From a virus: a stretch of DNA of 64,000 bases. Shown here piece after piece: positions 11,366 to 21,732 of the stretch (the first letter of the stretch is position 1; every line of letters starts with the position of its first letter). The notes under the pieces were generated by a model. It searched no databases and had not been told where the DNA came from. It was given only the letters and a program-made list of their open reading frames with translations. The DNA is taken from IMG/VR virus record IMGVR_UViG_3300045988_170943, positions 320,001 to 384,000 of that record; one strand, 5' to 3'. The position numbers and the translations under genes were made by a program.

Positions 11366-12844
11366 ATGACCAGCAATGACAATGCATCCTCGTTGCCGGA
11401 CCTGGAACTGCCTGCCCCGGCACCCACGGGCTCGGACCCGGAGGCAGCCTCCACAGGGATTGACGCCCAGGGCGAAGCACGGAGCGCAGTAGACGGAGAC
11501 GTGTCGGTCACTCCACAAAACGCGCTGGCCGACATGGTTGCTGACACCCAGGAGCATGGCGACTATGACGAGCCAATGTCACCATCCAAGGTTGCCAACG
11601 TCATTAAGAACATTCGTCACGAGGAATCCACCGCAGAGTCCCAAGGCCACAGCGGTCAGACGGGAGGCCCTGGCCTGGATGTCGATACGGACGAAGATTT
11701 CAGTGAGCCTGATCTTCCTCCCTTGGATTTGGACGGTGGCGAGTCTGAAATGAACTTTCAGGGTGGCGAGAGTGATGTTGACTCAGATGCTACCGCGGTC
11801 ATCGACGCCGTGGAGGGTGCTGACAGTTCCGCTGAGGGCCGAAAGGGTGGCAGGCTGAAGCAAGCCATGGTCGAGTCCCGTGTGGCCGCCAGGAAGGCTG
11901 AGAGGCGCGCTCGTGCTGTCCGGGCTGTTTCCGTCGTCGCTGGCGGGATTCTCTTGGTTGGGGTTGCTGGTGGGGCGGGCTACTGGGGGTGGCTGAAGTG
12001 GCGCAGTGGCGTGGCCAGCGTGCCGTCCGCCGTCACCAGGATCAACGTGACTGACGCCTCTCTGGATCCGTGCAAGACATTCGTTGACGAGGGCCTGAAG
12101 TGCAAGGCTACTTGGCAGATCAAGGATGGCACCAAGCGTGGCGAACTCATCAGTCAGTCTATCAGTGCTGGTCAGAATGTCCCGAAGGGGTCGGGTGTCA
12201 ACCTTGTATACTCCAACGGGCCGGAGACCACCAAGATGCCCAACGTCGTCGGCATGCCTTTGGATCAGGCGAAGCAAGCCATCTACGAGGTGGGTGTGGA
12301 TGTCTCTGAGGTTAACGTGGTGGAGAAACCGGGGGTCAGTGAGAACACAGTCACCTCCTCCTCCATCCAGGCCGGTGCTGAGGTGACGAACGGCAACGGC
12401 GTGAACCTGGAGGTCGCTAACGGAAAGGTTGGCATCCCTGACTGGACCGGCAAGACTAAGGACTTCGTGGAGCAGGACGCCAAGAAGCACGGCATCAAGG
12501 TCAAGTACTTGGAGGAGGACTCAGACAAGACTCCCGGCACAGTCCTGTCACAGTCTCCAAAGGCTACAGAGAGTGCCCCCACGAACGAGGTGCAGGTGAC
12601 CATTGCCCGCTCCGCCAAGGCCAGTGACATCAGCGTCCCGGATGTTGTGGGTAAGAGCGAGCAGGAGGCTCAATCCACACTGGCTACCGCTGGACTCAGA
12701 AAGATCAGCACAGTCAAGGTTCCGAACTGTGCCGTGTCCTCTTCTCAAGTGACGCAGACGATCCCGGCGGCGGGAGGTTCAGTGAAGTCGGATGCGGACG
12801 TGACGATTATCGTGTCCGACCCTGACGCCAGTTGCAGCAAGTGA
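11366..12844 (+). CDS. membrane-anchored protein with three to four PASTA domains
   Basis: Acidic N-terminus, one TM helix (AVSVVAGGILLVGVAGGAGYWGWL), then repeated 65-70-aa units with the PASTA signature (MPNVVGMPLDQAKQ..., IPDWTGKTKDF..., VPDVVGKSEQEAQSTLATAGL...). GAAGGAG RBS upstream. Confidence 0.65.
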   Translation: MTSNDNASSLPDLELPAPAPTGSDPEAASTGIDAQGEARSAVDGDVSVTPQNALADMVADTQEHGDYDEPMSPSKVANVIKNIRHEESTAESQGHSGQTGGPGLDVDTDEDFSEPDLPPLDLDGGESEMNFQGGESDVDSDATAVIDAVEGADSSAEGRKGGRLKQAMVESRVAARKAERRARAVRAVSVVAGGILLVGVAGGAGYWGWLKWRSGVASVPSAVTRINVTDASLDPCKTFVDEGLKCKATWQIKDGTKRGELISQSISAGQNVPKGSGVNLVYSNGPETTKMPNVVGMPLDQAKQAIYEVGVDVSEVNVVEKPGVSENTVTSSSIQAGAEVTNGNGVNLEVANGKVGIPDWTGKTKDFVEQDAKKHGIKVKYLEEDSDKTPGTVLSQSPKATESAPTNEVQVTIARSAKASDISVPDVVGKSEQEAQSTLATAGLRKISTVKVPNCAVSSSQVTQTIPAAGGSVKSDADVTIIVSDPDASCSK

Positions 12845-13127
12845 ACTAGAGATTCGGCTGGCGGCACAATCTGAAACAGACAGTAAACCACCAACCGAAT
12901 TATTCTAGGGGCTTATATATACCTGGTCAGGTATATACGCTACCACGATATTCGCCCACCGCAACACAACAGAAACGTACAAAAAGGGACAGGAAAGAAC
13001 CGGCGAGTTCTTACCACAGTTACTCAAAAAGCAGAATGGGTACACAAGCATCCCAAACTACTATAGAGGACAAGGAAACACGGCCACAAGCCGAATAACC
13101 CTCTGTGAAAGGCAAACTCACAAGCAC

Positions 13128-14237
13128 ATGACACCTCACTACAGCAAGACCAAGCACACCAGTAAGATCCTCATCGGTTCGGTACTCGCAGCCGTCACCA
13201 TGGCCGGAACCTCTGGGGGAGTCGCAGTAGCAGCCTCCCTCGACGAAACCCCAACAAACAACAACACGGGGGCACAGGACACCCACTCCAGCGACAGCAA
13301 GGGTGGCGCACACAAGTCCACCTACCGGGCTACCATCTTTCTCACCACCCAAGGCGACCTCACCCCAGTCACCATCGACAGTGACACCACTACCGTTAAC
13401 GAAGCCATCGCCGCGTCCGGCCACAACCTCGCCGACTACCGCACCATCGACGGCAACAAGGTAGACGGCAACCGCACCCTCACAAACGGCGAGCACCTAG
13501 CCCTCCTCCAAGCCGAAACCAGCACCGCCACCAGCGAGAACATCAGCATCCCCGCACCAGAGACCACCAAGGAGTCCCCAGACCTCCTCGTCGGCGAGAC
13601 CAAGGTGGAATCTGAAGGCAAGGCCGGGCAGGCCATCAAGACCGTCGTCACCACCAAGGACGAGAAGACCGGCAAGACCACCAGCAAGGAATCATTGGCC
13701 GTCACCGCCGCCCCGCAAGCCAAAGTCACCCTCATCGGCACCAAGAAACCCTCCACAGACAACACTGAGACCACCTCCACCAGTGACACCAACACGGGCG
13801 CACAGTACATCGGCCGCCACGTAGCCAACCCCAGCAGCAGCGACAGCAACTCCAACGCGGCCACCGCGAAAGCCGTAGCCTCCAACCTCGCTGACGGAGC
13901 CAAGGCAGCAGAGATCGCCAAGGCACAGGTCGGCAAACCCTATATGTGGGGATCCGCTGGACCGAACGCCTTCGACTGCTCCGGCCTCATCTACTACGCA
14001 TTCGGAACCCAGTTGGGGTACAACATCCCCCGCACAGCCTCCGACATCGGCCACTCCTCCACTCCCATTTCCAAGAGCGACCTTCAGGTAGGGGACATCC
14101 TCTACACAGAGACCCACATTGGCATCTACGTCGGGAATGGGCAGGTAGTTCACGCCGCCACTGAAAACACTGGAGTCGTCTACGACAGCATTAACGGCTA
14201 CTTCTCATCCTTCCAGGCAGGGCGACTCACCCGGTGA
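13128..14237 (+). CDS. secreted NlpC/P60 peptidoglycan endopeptidase with G5-like domain (candidate lysin)
   Basis: Signal peptide. Central G5-like block (ETKVESEGKAGQAIKTVVTTKDEKTGK). C-terminal NlpC/P60 domain (PYMWGSAGPNAFDCSGLIYYAF ... GDILY...THIGIYVGNGQVVHA) with Cys and His. Confidence 0.85.
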   Translation: MTPHYSKTKHTSKILIGSVLAAVTMAGTSGGVAVAASLDETPTNNNTGAQDTHSSDSKGGAHKSTYRATIFLTTQGDLTPVTIDSDTTTVNEAIAASGHNLADYRTIDGNKVDGNRTLTNGEHLALLQAETSTATSENISIPAPETTKESPDLLVGETKVESEGKAGQAIKTVVTTKDEKTGKTTSKESLAVTAAPQAKVTLIGTKKPSTDNTETTSTSDTNTGAQYIGRHVANPSSSDSNSNAATAKAVASNLADGAKAAEIAKAQVGKPYMWGSAGPNAFDCSGLIYYAFGTQLGYNIPRTASDIGHSSTPISKSDLQVGDILYTETHIGIYVGNGQVVHAATENTGVVYDSINGYFSSFQAGRLTR

Positions 14238-14336
14238 CGGACACCACGCCCCAGAATCACGGGCAAACCCCCTGACCACTGGAACCATAGACTAGGGCCA
14301 CCCCAGTTACTCTCCTTCCTGGGGTGGCCCTTCAAC

Positions 14337-14366
14337 TTGCCAAAACCCAGGTCAACGGCATACAAT
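14337..14366 (+). promoter_or_regulatory. sigma70-like promoter TTGCCA-N18-TACAAT
   Basis: Exact 18-nt spacer. Lies upstream of the TrmH-like gene. Confidence 0.5.
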
Positions 14367-14376
14367 AGACTACACT

Positions 14377-15006
14377 ATGACCAAGAACAGTAAGACCGTG
14401 ACCTCCACAGTAGGTAACACTCTCAGTAGCCAAGCCACTAACACGACCACCACCCTGGACACCATCACCTACACGGAAGGAGTACCAGACAACGTGCGCG
14501 ACGACCTCAAGGGGCTCACCACCCAGCAGGTCAAGGACACTCTAGAGACACACCGCACCCCCATGGTCACAGTGTGCATGAACCTCACCAGCGACTTCAA
14601 CAAGGCGTCAGTGATCCGCGCCCACAACGCATTCCTCGGCAACGACATCATCATCGTCGGCAAGCGTCGATTCGACCGCCGCGGCACGGTAGGCACCTAC
14701 CACTACGAGACGATCAAGCACACCCCCAACTTCATGGACGTCTACTCCCACCTTAAGGGACGTGGCTACACCCTCATCGCAGTGGACAACACACCCCAGT
14801 TCAGCCCACAGTCCGTCTATGACACCAACATCCCCAGACATGCTGCGTTCATCTATGGTGAGGAGCAGAAGGGCCTCAGCGAGGACGTGGTGGCCCTATG
14901 TGACATGGTGGTTTACATCCCCCAGTACGGTAGTGTCAGGTCCATCAATGTGGCACAGGCGGCCGCAGTCATGATGAGCGAGTACAACCGCCGCCACCGC
15001 CCCTAA
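14377..15006 (+). CDS. SpoU/TrmH-family RNA 2'-O-methyltransferase
   Basis: SPOUT C-terminal motifs: FIYGEEQKGLSEDVVALCD, VYIPQYGSVRSINVAQAAAVMMSEY. Confidence 0.72.
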   Translation: MTKNSKTVTSTVGNTLSSQATNTTTTLDTITYTEGVPDNVRDDLKGLTTQQVKDTLETHRTPMVTVCMNLTSDFNKASVIRAHNAFLGNDIIIVGKRRFDRRGTVGTYHYETIKHTPNFMDVYSHLKGRGYTLIAVDNTPQFSPQSVYDTNIPRHAAFIYGEEQKGLSEDVVALCDMVVYIPQYGSVRSINVAQAAAVMMSEYNRRHRP

Positions 15007-15094
15007 AAACAGGGGCAACCCGCCACCAGTAAGCCCAGACGAGAAGTCGGTAACCTAAAAGGGTAAACCCACACCACCCTTGGAGGCTCGCCTG

Positions 15095-16345
15095 ATGATC
15101 AAGATCGCACACCTGAGCGACATTCACGCCGGATACACGGCCACCAGGCACCTCAACAACCAAGGCATCAACGTGCGTGAAGCCGACGGATATGTAGCGT
15201 TCGCCCGAATCGTCACCGACTGCATCAACCACGACGTTGATCTTGTAGTGATCGCTGGAGACACCTTCCACACCTCCACCCCCAGCATCCGCACAATCAT
15301 CTTCGTGCAAAACCAGTTCCGACGCCTCGCCGCAGCAGGGATCCCCATCTACGCGCTTGCTGGAAACCACGACGTAGACGACATTCGAGCCAACATTGCA
15401 GCATCACGAGTCCTGGATGATCCACTCAGGGACATCCACTCCCACATAGAACCCTATGCAGTCCACGAAGTATTCGATGGTGTTCACCTACACATGGTGT
15501 CACACCACATGTTCATGGACCAGTCTCAAACCCTCCCTAACGTGAAAAGCGTTGACGGCGCTATCAACATCTTCACCACGCACGGATCTGTCATAGACCC
15601 CATCCTGGAGATGAAACTTCACACAGAGCAGTCCCCCCGTGAGATCGTCATCCCCGACTGGCTACTGGCTGAAAACAACTGGGACGCCATCATGCTAGGC
15701 CATATCCACGAACGCGGCTGGGTAGGATCCAGTGACGGACGCACAGACACAGCCAGCACGGGCATCTTCTACAACGGGTCCATCATCCGACGGGGCTTCG
15801 CCGACAAGACCTGCACGCTCGGACGAGGCTGGACACTGTGGACCATACAGGACGATGGAACCTTCACCCAGGACATCAAGACCATACCGCAGCGCCCCCA
15901 GTACGACTTCACCCCCATCGACGCCAGCGCCCTGACCGCTAGTGAGGTCACCGACATCGTAATCAACAACCTCAAGTCCACCCAACCAGACGACGGACCA
16001 GTGTTCAACGCCGCCAGCGCCCCCATCATCCGGCAACGCATCGAGAACATCACACCCGGAAAGAAGTCCGCCCTCGACCTGAAAGCCATCAGCGACAACG
16101 CGGCCCACGCACTCCACTGGGACATGCCAGCATCCTTCACCCCCACAAGCAACAATGACACCACTCGGCGAGCCAGCGAGGAAAGAATCGGCACCAGTAG
16201 CGCGGACCTCCTAGGCGTCTACGACGAGTGGGCAGAGGACAACGAGACCCTGAAAAACATCTCCGATAACATGCGTGAGAACGTGTCCAGGAAAGCCCGC
16301 GAGTTCGTCAAAATGGGGCAGGAAGAAGTACTCGCCGCAGAATAA
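15095..16345 (+). CDS. SbcD/Mre11-like calcineurin-type nuclease
   Basis: Phosphoesterase motifs IAHLSDIHAG, VVIAGDTFH, LAGNHD and GHIHER. GGAGG RBS 8 nt upstream of ATG 15095 (ORF track begins at TTG 15080). No Rad50/SbcC partner adjacent. Confidence 0.75.
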   Translation: MIKIAHLSDIHAGYTATRHLNNQGINVREADGYVAFARIVTDCINHDVDLVVIAGDTFHTSTPSIRTIIFVQNQFRRLAAAGIPIYALAGNHDVDDIRANIAASRVLDDPLRDIHSHIEPYAVHEVFDGVHLHMVSHHMFMDQSQTLPNVKSVDGAINIFTTHGSVIDPILEMKLHTEQSPREIVIPDWLLAENNWDAIMLGHIHERGWVGSSDGRTDTASTGIFYNGSIIRRGFADKTCTLGRGWTLWTIQDDGTFTQDIKTIPQRPQYDFTPIDASALTASEVTDIVINNLKSTQPDDGPVFNAASAPIIRQRIENITPGKKSALDLKAISDNAAHALHWDMPASFTPTSNNDTTRRASEERIGTSSADLLGVYDEWAEDNETLKNISDNMRENVSRKAREFVKMGQEEVLAAE

Positions 16346-16465
16346 CCCGAGTAGGGTAGGACACCCCAGGCGACAACATAAACCCAACCAAGGGGCGGCA
16401 ATAGTGGACATTGTTAAGATATTCGCGTACTCTGAACAAGGAAAAGACTAGATGAGGGCGAACAT

Positions 16466-17389
16466 ATGACACGACCACGAGGAAAACACGTCAAGGAAAC
16501 CAGGCGCACAAGCAAGCCCATACGACACCTGATTCCACCCCTCATCGCATCAACCGCTATACTCAACCCAGGCGCGACAGCAGCAGCCTACCAGCCAAGC
16601 GGCCAGCAGGACGTCCCAGGGATCCCCTCCGGCCTCTCAGACAGCATCACTGACCTGTCTACGACTGACACCAAAGCCATCCCCTACCCGACCCGTGTCG
16701 TCGAGGACAAGGGGCTACCAGCAGGCATTGAAGTCGTCATCCAAGAAGGCAGGGACGGGGTACTCAAGACCGTCACAGGGTTCAGGCAGGCGGCAGGAAC
16801 AGGGGGCACCCAACACAACTCCAGGGTCAGACACACCTACATCGACACCCCCGCCACAGAGAAAGTCATCCGCAAAGGCACCAAGACTGAGGTCATCGAA
16901 GGGGTAGCAGACAAGGTAGTGCAGGCCGAAGCCAAGATCGCGGAGCAGAAAAAAGCAGAGGAAGCCACCCAAGCCAAACGGGACGTGGAGCAGCAGGCAC
17001 AGGCCACTGCGGCACCAACCAGCCTTGACAACAGTGCCGCCGCCCAAAACAACAGCAGTGACAGTGGCTCCACCACGCCGCCCCCAGCAAATCAGGCGAC
17101 CGGAACGAAGACCGACTGGATGCGTGCCGCCGGAATAGCCGAGTCGGACTGGCCCTATGTGGACTACATCATCAGCCACGAGTCCGGGTGGAACCCCAAC
17201 GCCGTCAACGCATCCAGTGGCGCTCACGGCCTACCACAGGCCCTACCAGGAGGGAAGATGGCGTCAGCCGGTGAGGACTGGGCCACCAACCCTGTCACCC
17301 AGTTAAAGTGGGCCAGCGGGTACGCAGTCGGCCGATACGGATCCTGGGCCGCCGCCTACAACGCATGGCGGTCACAGAACTGGTGGTAG
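16466..17389 (+). CDS. secreted G5-domain lytic transglycosylase (SLT-domain cell-wall hydrolase)
   Basis: Signal peptide. G5 block (YPTRVVEDKGLPAGIEVVIQEGRDGVLKTV). Ala/Gln-rich linker. C-terminal SLT-like motif ISHESGWNPNAVNASSGAHGLPQ. Confidence 0.7.
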   Translation: MTRPRGKHVKETRRTSKPIRHLIPPLIASTAILNPGATAAAYQPSGQQDVPGIPSGLSDSITDLSTTDTKAIPYPTRVVEDKGLPAGIEVVIQEGRDGVLKTVTGFRQAAGTGGTQHNSRVRHTYIDTPATEKVIRKGTKTEVIEGVADKVVQAEAKIAEQKKAEEATQAKRDVEQQAQATAAPTSLDNSAAAQNNSSDSGSTTPPPANQATGTKTDWMRAAGIAESDWPYVDYIISHESGWNPNAVNASSGAHGLPQALPGGKMASAGEDWATNPVTQLKWASGYAVGRYGSWAAAYNAWRSQNWW

Positions 17390-17420
17390 AAAAAAGAGAG
17401 GGGCGATAGGCGCTGACAAG

Positions 17421-17831
17421 GTGTATGAGTGTATCCACCCCAGAACACCCTGTACCTTCATGCACAAAGTAGCCCCAACCAGCAGACACGCCGCCGCACA
17501 GGCCCAAGAAACCGGAGAAACACGCATGTACACAATCAGCCAGCACAACCCCGACACAGACACCTACACTGAGGTCGAGATGGGCCTCTCCGGTGGGGAA
17601 GTTCGCCAGTCCATCCTCGACCGTGTGCGAGGAGACCTACACCATGAGGACGAGAACGGCCTAGACTGGAGAACCAGAGTCATGTGCCGACCCCAGGACC
17701 TCAAAGCCACAGACGGGGCGTACAGGCAGGCAGACGAGGCGATATACGCCATGAACGACACCCAGATCGAGGGCGACTGGGTATTCACCACCAGCGGCAG
17801 AATCAAGGTGACCCAAGATGACGAAAACTAG
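17421..17831 (+). CDS. hypothetical protein
   Basis: 136-aa ORF. An alternative ATG at 17527 is possible. Confidence 0.35.
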   Translation: MYECIHPRTPCTFMHKVAPTSRHAAAQAQETGETRMYTISQHNPDTDTYTEVEMGLSGGEVRQSILDRVRGDLHHEDENGLDWRTRVMCRPQDLKATDGAYRQADEAIYAMNDTQIEGDWVFTTSGRIKVTQDDEN

Positions 17832-17985
17832 CCAAACCATACGACGTCGGGCAGCACTTATTGGTGCCACCCTCGCCCTAGCGCTCATAGCCATCATCAG
17901 TGCGTGCATGACCCACACCATGCCCACACAGACCATGGCCCCACCCAGCCCAGGTCCATCCCCATACATCAAGACCATCTCCTGA
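17818..17985 (+). CDS. small lipoprotein (55 aa) with lipobox IISAC
   Basis: Absent from the ORF track because it is under 60 aa. ATGA overlap with the upstream stop, signal-like LIGATLALALIAIISAC, then a Pro/Thr-rich tail. Confidence 0.45.
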   Translation: MTKTSQTIRRRAALIGATLALALIAIISACMTHTMPTQTMAPPSPGPSPYIKTIS

Positions 17986-18081
17986 CCTGAGGTCTCAAAG
18001 GAGCCAAACCTGCCCAATACCCCGGCAACTCAGCAAAGCCAACACCAAACACAGAAAACAGACAGGAAGGTAAACAGCGCC

Positions 18082-19950
18082 GTGCAGTTCGTCATCGAGG
18101 ACTGGCCCTTCGGTCAACCCTTCCCTAAAGGTAACGCCCGCACCTCCAGTCGCGGATGGTGGGACAAAAACCTCGGCTTCCACGTCTACAGCGGAGCCAC
18201 CCTACCCAAAGAACTACGCCCATACCGCAGCAAAGACTTCTCACTCGCCCGCTGGTGCGAAGACGAGATAAACGGCACAGTCATACCCACCACCCCCTCC
18301 AGCACCAGGTACGAGCCCAGACCCCACCAGGTCGAAGGAGCCCAACAGATCATCCACGCCTATGGGAACGGCGAACGCGGCTTCCTGGAGGCTGACGGTA
18401 CCGGACTAGGTAAAACCCTCACCATCCTGTCCGCAGTCACCCAGATCGCCGAAGAGAACACGTATGGCGCCCGCCCAGAAGAAAAGGCCCGCGTCCTCAT
18501 CGTCTGCCCCAAATCCGTCATCCCACACTGGCGGCAAACCATCCGCTCATACCCCCCAGCACTCACCTACACCAGGCCACTCATCATCAACTACCAGCGG
18601 CTCAACAAGATCCTCAAAGAGCCAGACACACAAACCTACCGGGCTACCGGAGGAACCAAGAAAAGCCGCATCAAAGCCAGCAAACCAGCCCGCCGCAGCA
18701 CCAAGAGAACCAACCGCACTCTCGCCAGGTACGGGGAACCAAAAACAGACTGGGACATCATCATCTTCGATGAGGCTCACGCACTCAAAAACTACCCAGA
18801 CTCCAACACGTCCCTAGCCGCAGTCTCAGTAGCCAGACTCAACCAAGCATACGCTCCCAAACAAGACGGCTACCACGCCCGCACACCGTTCGTCATCTTC
18901 TCCACCGCCACCCCAGGCGCATCCCCGCTGAACCTGGCTGCCATGGCCGGGATCATCGCCCCCCGCATCAACAAGACCTCCACCAGAGTCACACCCTCCA
19001 GGTGGGGCCAGTTCCTCCATGACCAAGGCTTCCATGTCACCAAGACCAAGAAAGGTCAGTGGCAGTGGGTCACAGCACCATGGTGGGGGAAAGACTCAAC
19101 CGACCCCACCGAGAAGAGCCGGTACCAGCGAGGAGTCAAAGACGCACGCCAGAAACAACGCCGAGACAGTCTCCGTGTTGGTAAGGCCCTCACTTCTCCA
19201 GGATCACCATTCCTCAGAAGAAACCCCAAAGACATTGCTGGCTGGCCGGAACAGCAAATCATCCCCTTCCCCATCAGCATGGACCCCACCCAGCAGAAAA
19301 TCTACGAGACCTTATGGAGCAGGTTTCGTCAGTTCCTCAACCTTACCCCAGCCCACAAAGACCCCAAAGCTGCACTCACCGAACGACTCCGATACCGGCA
19401 AAAAACCTCCCTGCTCAAAGTTGACAACATGGTCCCCTTCATCGCCGACCAGGTAAATGCGGGCAACCAGGTCCTCATCGCCTGTGAGTTCACCGAAACT
19501 ATCGACAGGTACCATGCCGCCCTCCAATCCCTGAAGATCACCAGCACCGAGATCAGCGGTCGAGTCCTAGGGGAAGAACGCGAACACAACCGCCTCAACT
19601 TCCAGACAGGGCGGGCCCAAGTCGTCATGTGCACCATCCCAGAAGGCATCTCACTTCACGCGGGCGAAATCCTACCCGACGGAACCAAAGCCACCACGAA
19701 CCCACGCATCACAATCCTGCATGAGGTCCGCGAGAACAACGTCCAAAACAACCAGATCCTAGGCAGAGCACACCGAGACGGACAAAACTCCCTCACCTAT
19801 GTGCCCTACCTCGAAGACACCGTGGACACCCAGGTCATCGCCTCATACGTCAACAAGACAGCCAACATGAACACCATGACCGGTGAAGAAGACGCAGACC
19901 AGTACGAGCGGATCTTCCGGCAAGCAGCAGCCACCAGCAGACACCCATAA
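18082..19950 (+). CDS. SNF2-family (Swi2/Snf2) helicase/ATPase
   Basis: GTGLGKT motif I, DEAHALKN motif II and a C-terminal helicase domain. Confidence 0.75.
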   Translation: MQFVIEDWPFGQPFPKGNARTSSRGWWDKNLGFHVYSGATLPKELRPYRSKDFSLARWCEDEINGTVIPTTPSSTRYEPRPHQVEGAQQIIHAYGNGERGFLEADGTGLGKTLTILSAVTQIAEENTYGARPEEKARVLIVCPKSVIPHWRQTIRSYPPALTYTRPLIINYQRLNKILKEPDTQTYRATGGTKKSRIKASKPARRSTKRTNRTLARYGEPKTDWDIIIFDEAHALKNYPDSNTSLAAVSVARLNQAYAPKQDGYHARTPFVIFSTATPGASPLNLAAMAGIIAPRINKTSTRVTPSRWGQFLHDQGFHVTKTKKGQWQWVTAPWWGKDSTDPTEKSRYQRGVKDARQKQRRDSLRVGKALTSPGSPFLRRNPKDIAGWPEQQIIPFPISMDPTQQKIYETLWSRFRQFLNLTPAHKDPKAALTERLRYRQKTSLLKVDNMVPFIADQVNAGNQVLIACEFTETIDRYHAALQSLKITSTEISGRVLGEEREHNRLNFQTGRAQVVMCTIPEGISLHAGEILPDGTKATTNPRITILHEVRENNVQNNQILGRAHRDGQNSLTYVPYLEDTVDTQVIASYVNKTANMNTMTGEEDADQYERIFRQAAATSRHP

Positions 19951-20173
19951 AGACCAGGCGACACAACCTACCGCAAGTGCGAGCACATGTGACAAGCGCT
20001 CCGAATCTAAACCAGCCCCACTCACCCGCACGCTTACTCAGTGGAAGCGAATCAGTGTAGGCGTCAGGTCGCGCACCGTCCGCCACGCACTGAGTAGAAA
20101 CATGCCCGCAGCCCACATGGCGGGGATCCCTCCCCCACCCCCAATAATGTGACTTAGATCACAGCGGGAGGGG

Positions 20174-20204
20174 TTGACAGTATCACCCACCACCATGGTA
20201 GAGT
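20174..20204 (+). promoter_or_regulatory. promoter TTGACA-N19-TAGAGT (extended -10 TGG)
   Basis: Consensus -35 and -10. Starts an ORF-poor 1.1-kb region upstream of the tRNA array. Confidence 0.5.
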
Positions 20205-20290
20205 ATGGGCACAACAACATCGGGGGTTGCGGACACCACCTCAAACCCAGGGAAACCAGGGAGTGAGACAGGAGCTACAACCGGTAAGGG

Positions 20291-20319
20291 TTGACAAGCC
20301 CGAACCAACCTGATATTGT
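20291..20319 (+). promoter_or_regulatory. promoter TTGACA-N17-TATTGT
   Basis: Consensus hexamers. Confidence 0.5.
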
Positions 20320-20363
20320 TGCTCCAACAACACCGACACGAGCAACAGAAGGAGGTCGGTCAC

Positions 20364-20495
20364 ATGTTGAGTAATCAGATTCAGCACAAACAATCAAATA
20401 CCGCCCTCTGGCTCACACGCCATGAGCGACCATATAGTATGGTGGCCGTGACGTGGGGAGAAAACCCCGGTCGGTTTGATAAGTCCTCGCACTGA
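20364..20495 (+). CDS. small ORF (43 aa) with strong Shine-Dalgarno
   Basis: AAGGAGG 8 nt upstream of ATG. Not in the ORF track (under 60 aa). No recognisable motif. Confidence 0.3.
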   Translation: MLSNQIQHKQSNTALWLTRHERPYSMVAVTWGENPGRFDKSSH

Positions 20496-20574
20496 GGCAG
20501 ACAATCTGACAGGTTAGGCTCCCGAGACACCGGTAGAGCAAAGAACAAGTGACGCGGTTCACAGAAACCAGCAC

Positions 20575-20604
20575 TTGACAACAGAAAACCTGAATACTTA
20601 GGAT
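20575..20604 (+). promoter_or_regulatory. promoter TTGACA-N18-TAGGAT
   Basis: Identical -10 to the promoter at 38264. Lies inside the noncoding region. Confidence 0.5.
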
Positions 20605-21298
20605 TGTGACTGAGGCCGACAAAACTGTGACGGCCAAGGACCCCAAAAGGCCCAAGAAGGTCAGAGCACCTACACGATGACCCGCCGAGATGGTGGCGAG
20701 GTAGGGAACGGACTGGAGTAAGCCAAACGGGGACACTGAAACCAATCAGTTAAACCGCCTCAAAACAATCCTCCTGGAACCACAACAACCCCCAGGCAAC
20801 AACTAACCCACCTCGCAAGGGGCAGGTGAAGTCAAGCCCAAGGGAATATAGTGAGAACAGGCCCAAACTGAATAAGAGGACCACCCCGATCACAGGGTGG
20901 AGGAAGACTCAACAGGCGCACCCCACACTGGCAAAGGTGCGGGAACAAAACGCCTGGGATTGCCCCAATCGGGAGGGCTCGTAGATAGGAAAATCCCGTG
21001 TCTGATGGCGACGTCAGTCCGCCCCAGCAGCAAGCCAAAACTACTGGGGCAACGTGCGAAGGACTGACAAGAACTTGAAAGTATTGTCGTGATGACAAGA
21101 CCAGATAACTAGCCATTGGGCGCCGCTCATGCGGATATAAGAAACAATAACCCTCACTGGGAAGGCGACAACTGGTTATGTCCAGGAAAGACCAGGACCA
21201 GATCCGTCCCCCATGACCCAGTGAGGCGAGTGTGGAGGATTGGAGGCAGCGGACACCTCCACACAGCACAACAACTCCCTAAAACACGGGAGTAACTT

Positions 21299-21371
21299 CG
21301 GCGTGTAGCGCAGTTTGGTAGCGCACCTGTTTCGGGAACAGGGGCCACAGGTTCAAATCCTGTTACGCCGA
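21299..21371 (+). tRNA. tRNA-Pro(CGG)
   Basis: Cloverleaf: 7-bp acceptor, D arm gcgc/gcgc, anticodon loop ttCGGga, T arm acagg-ttcaaat-cctgt. No encoded CCA. Confidence 0.8.
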
Positions 21372-21425
21372 CGACGAGAACACTAAAAGGCGTCAACAAG
21401 CATGACAACAAGTGCTCTCACAAAT

Positions 21426-21510
21426 GTCACGGTAAAGCGTAACTGGTAGCGCGCCGGTCTGTAAAACCGGTCTGAAAGGTCTGTGGGTTCAAGTCCCACC
21501 CGTGGCACCA
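21426..21510 (+). tRNA. tRNA-Tyr(GUA), type II, CCA encoded
   Basis: Anticodon arm ccggt-ctGTAaa-accgg, long variable arm, T arm gtggg-ttcaagt-cccac, 3' ...gtggcACCA. Confidence 0.7.
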
Positions 21511-21511
21511 T

Positions 21512-21585
21512 TCTCCTGTAGTTTAATGGCAAAACAGGTGACTGTTAATCACTCATTTCAGGTTCGAATCCTGGCGGGAGAGCCA
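21512..21585 (+). tRNA. tRNA-Asn(GUU), CCA encoded
   Basis: D arm gttt/aaac, anticodon arm ggtga-ctGTTaa-tcact, T arm tcagg-ttcgaat-cctgg, acceptor tctcctg/cgggaga. Confidence 0.75.
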
Positions 21586-21649
21586 ATTACGAAACACAAG
21601 TTGCGGCACAACCTTCAACAAAATACAGGAACACGTGCCTACAACAAAT

Positions 21650-21732
21650 GCTCTTGTGGCGAAATGGTATACGCAGCAGACTTAAAATCTGTCTCCCTTG
21701 CGGGATTAAGGGTTCGAGTCCCTTCAGGAGCA
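21650..21732 (+). tRNA. tRNA-Leu(UAA), type II
   Basis: Anticodon arm gcaga-ctTAAaa-tctgt, long variable arm, T arm aaggg-ttcgagt-ccctt. Confidence 0.75.

Noticed and set aside
20150-21298. Considered that the noncoding leader might be a tmRNA or RNase P RNA
   Set aside because: No T-arm-like GTTCRANYC element, no GGGG...ATTCGAC 5' motif, and none of the RNase P conserved blocks I could recall. The true tmRNA is at 40207..40582.
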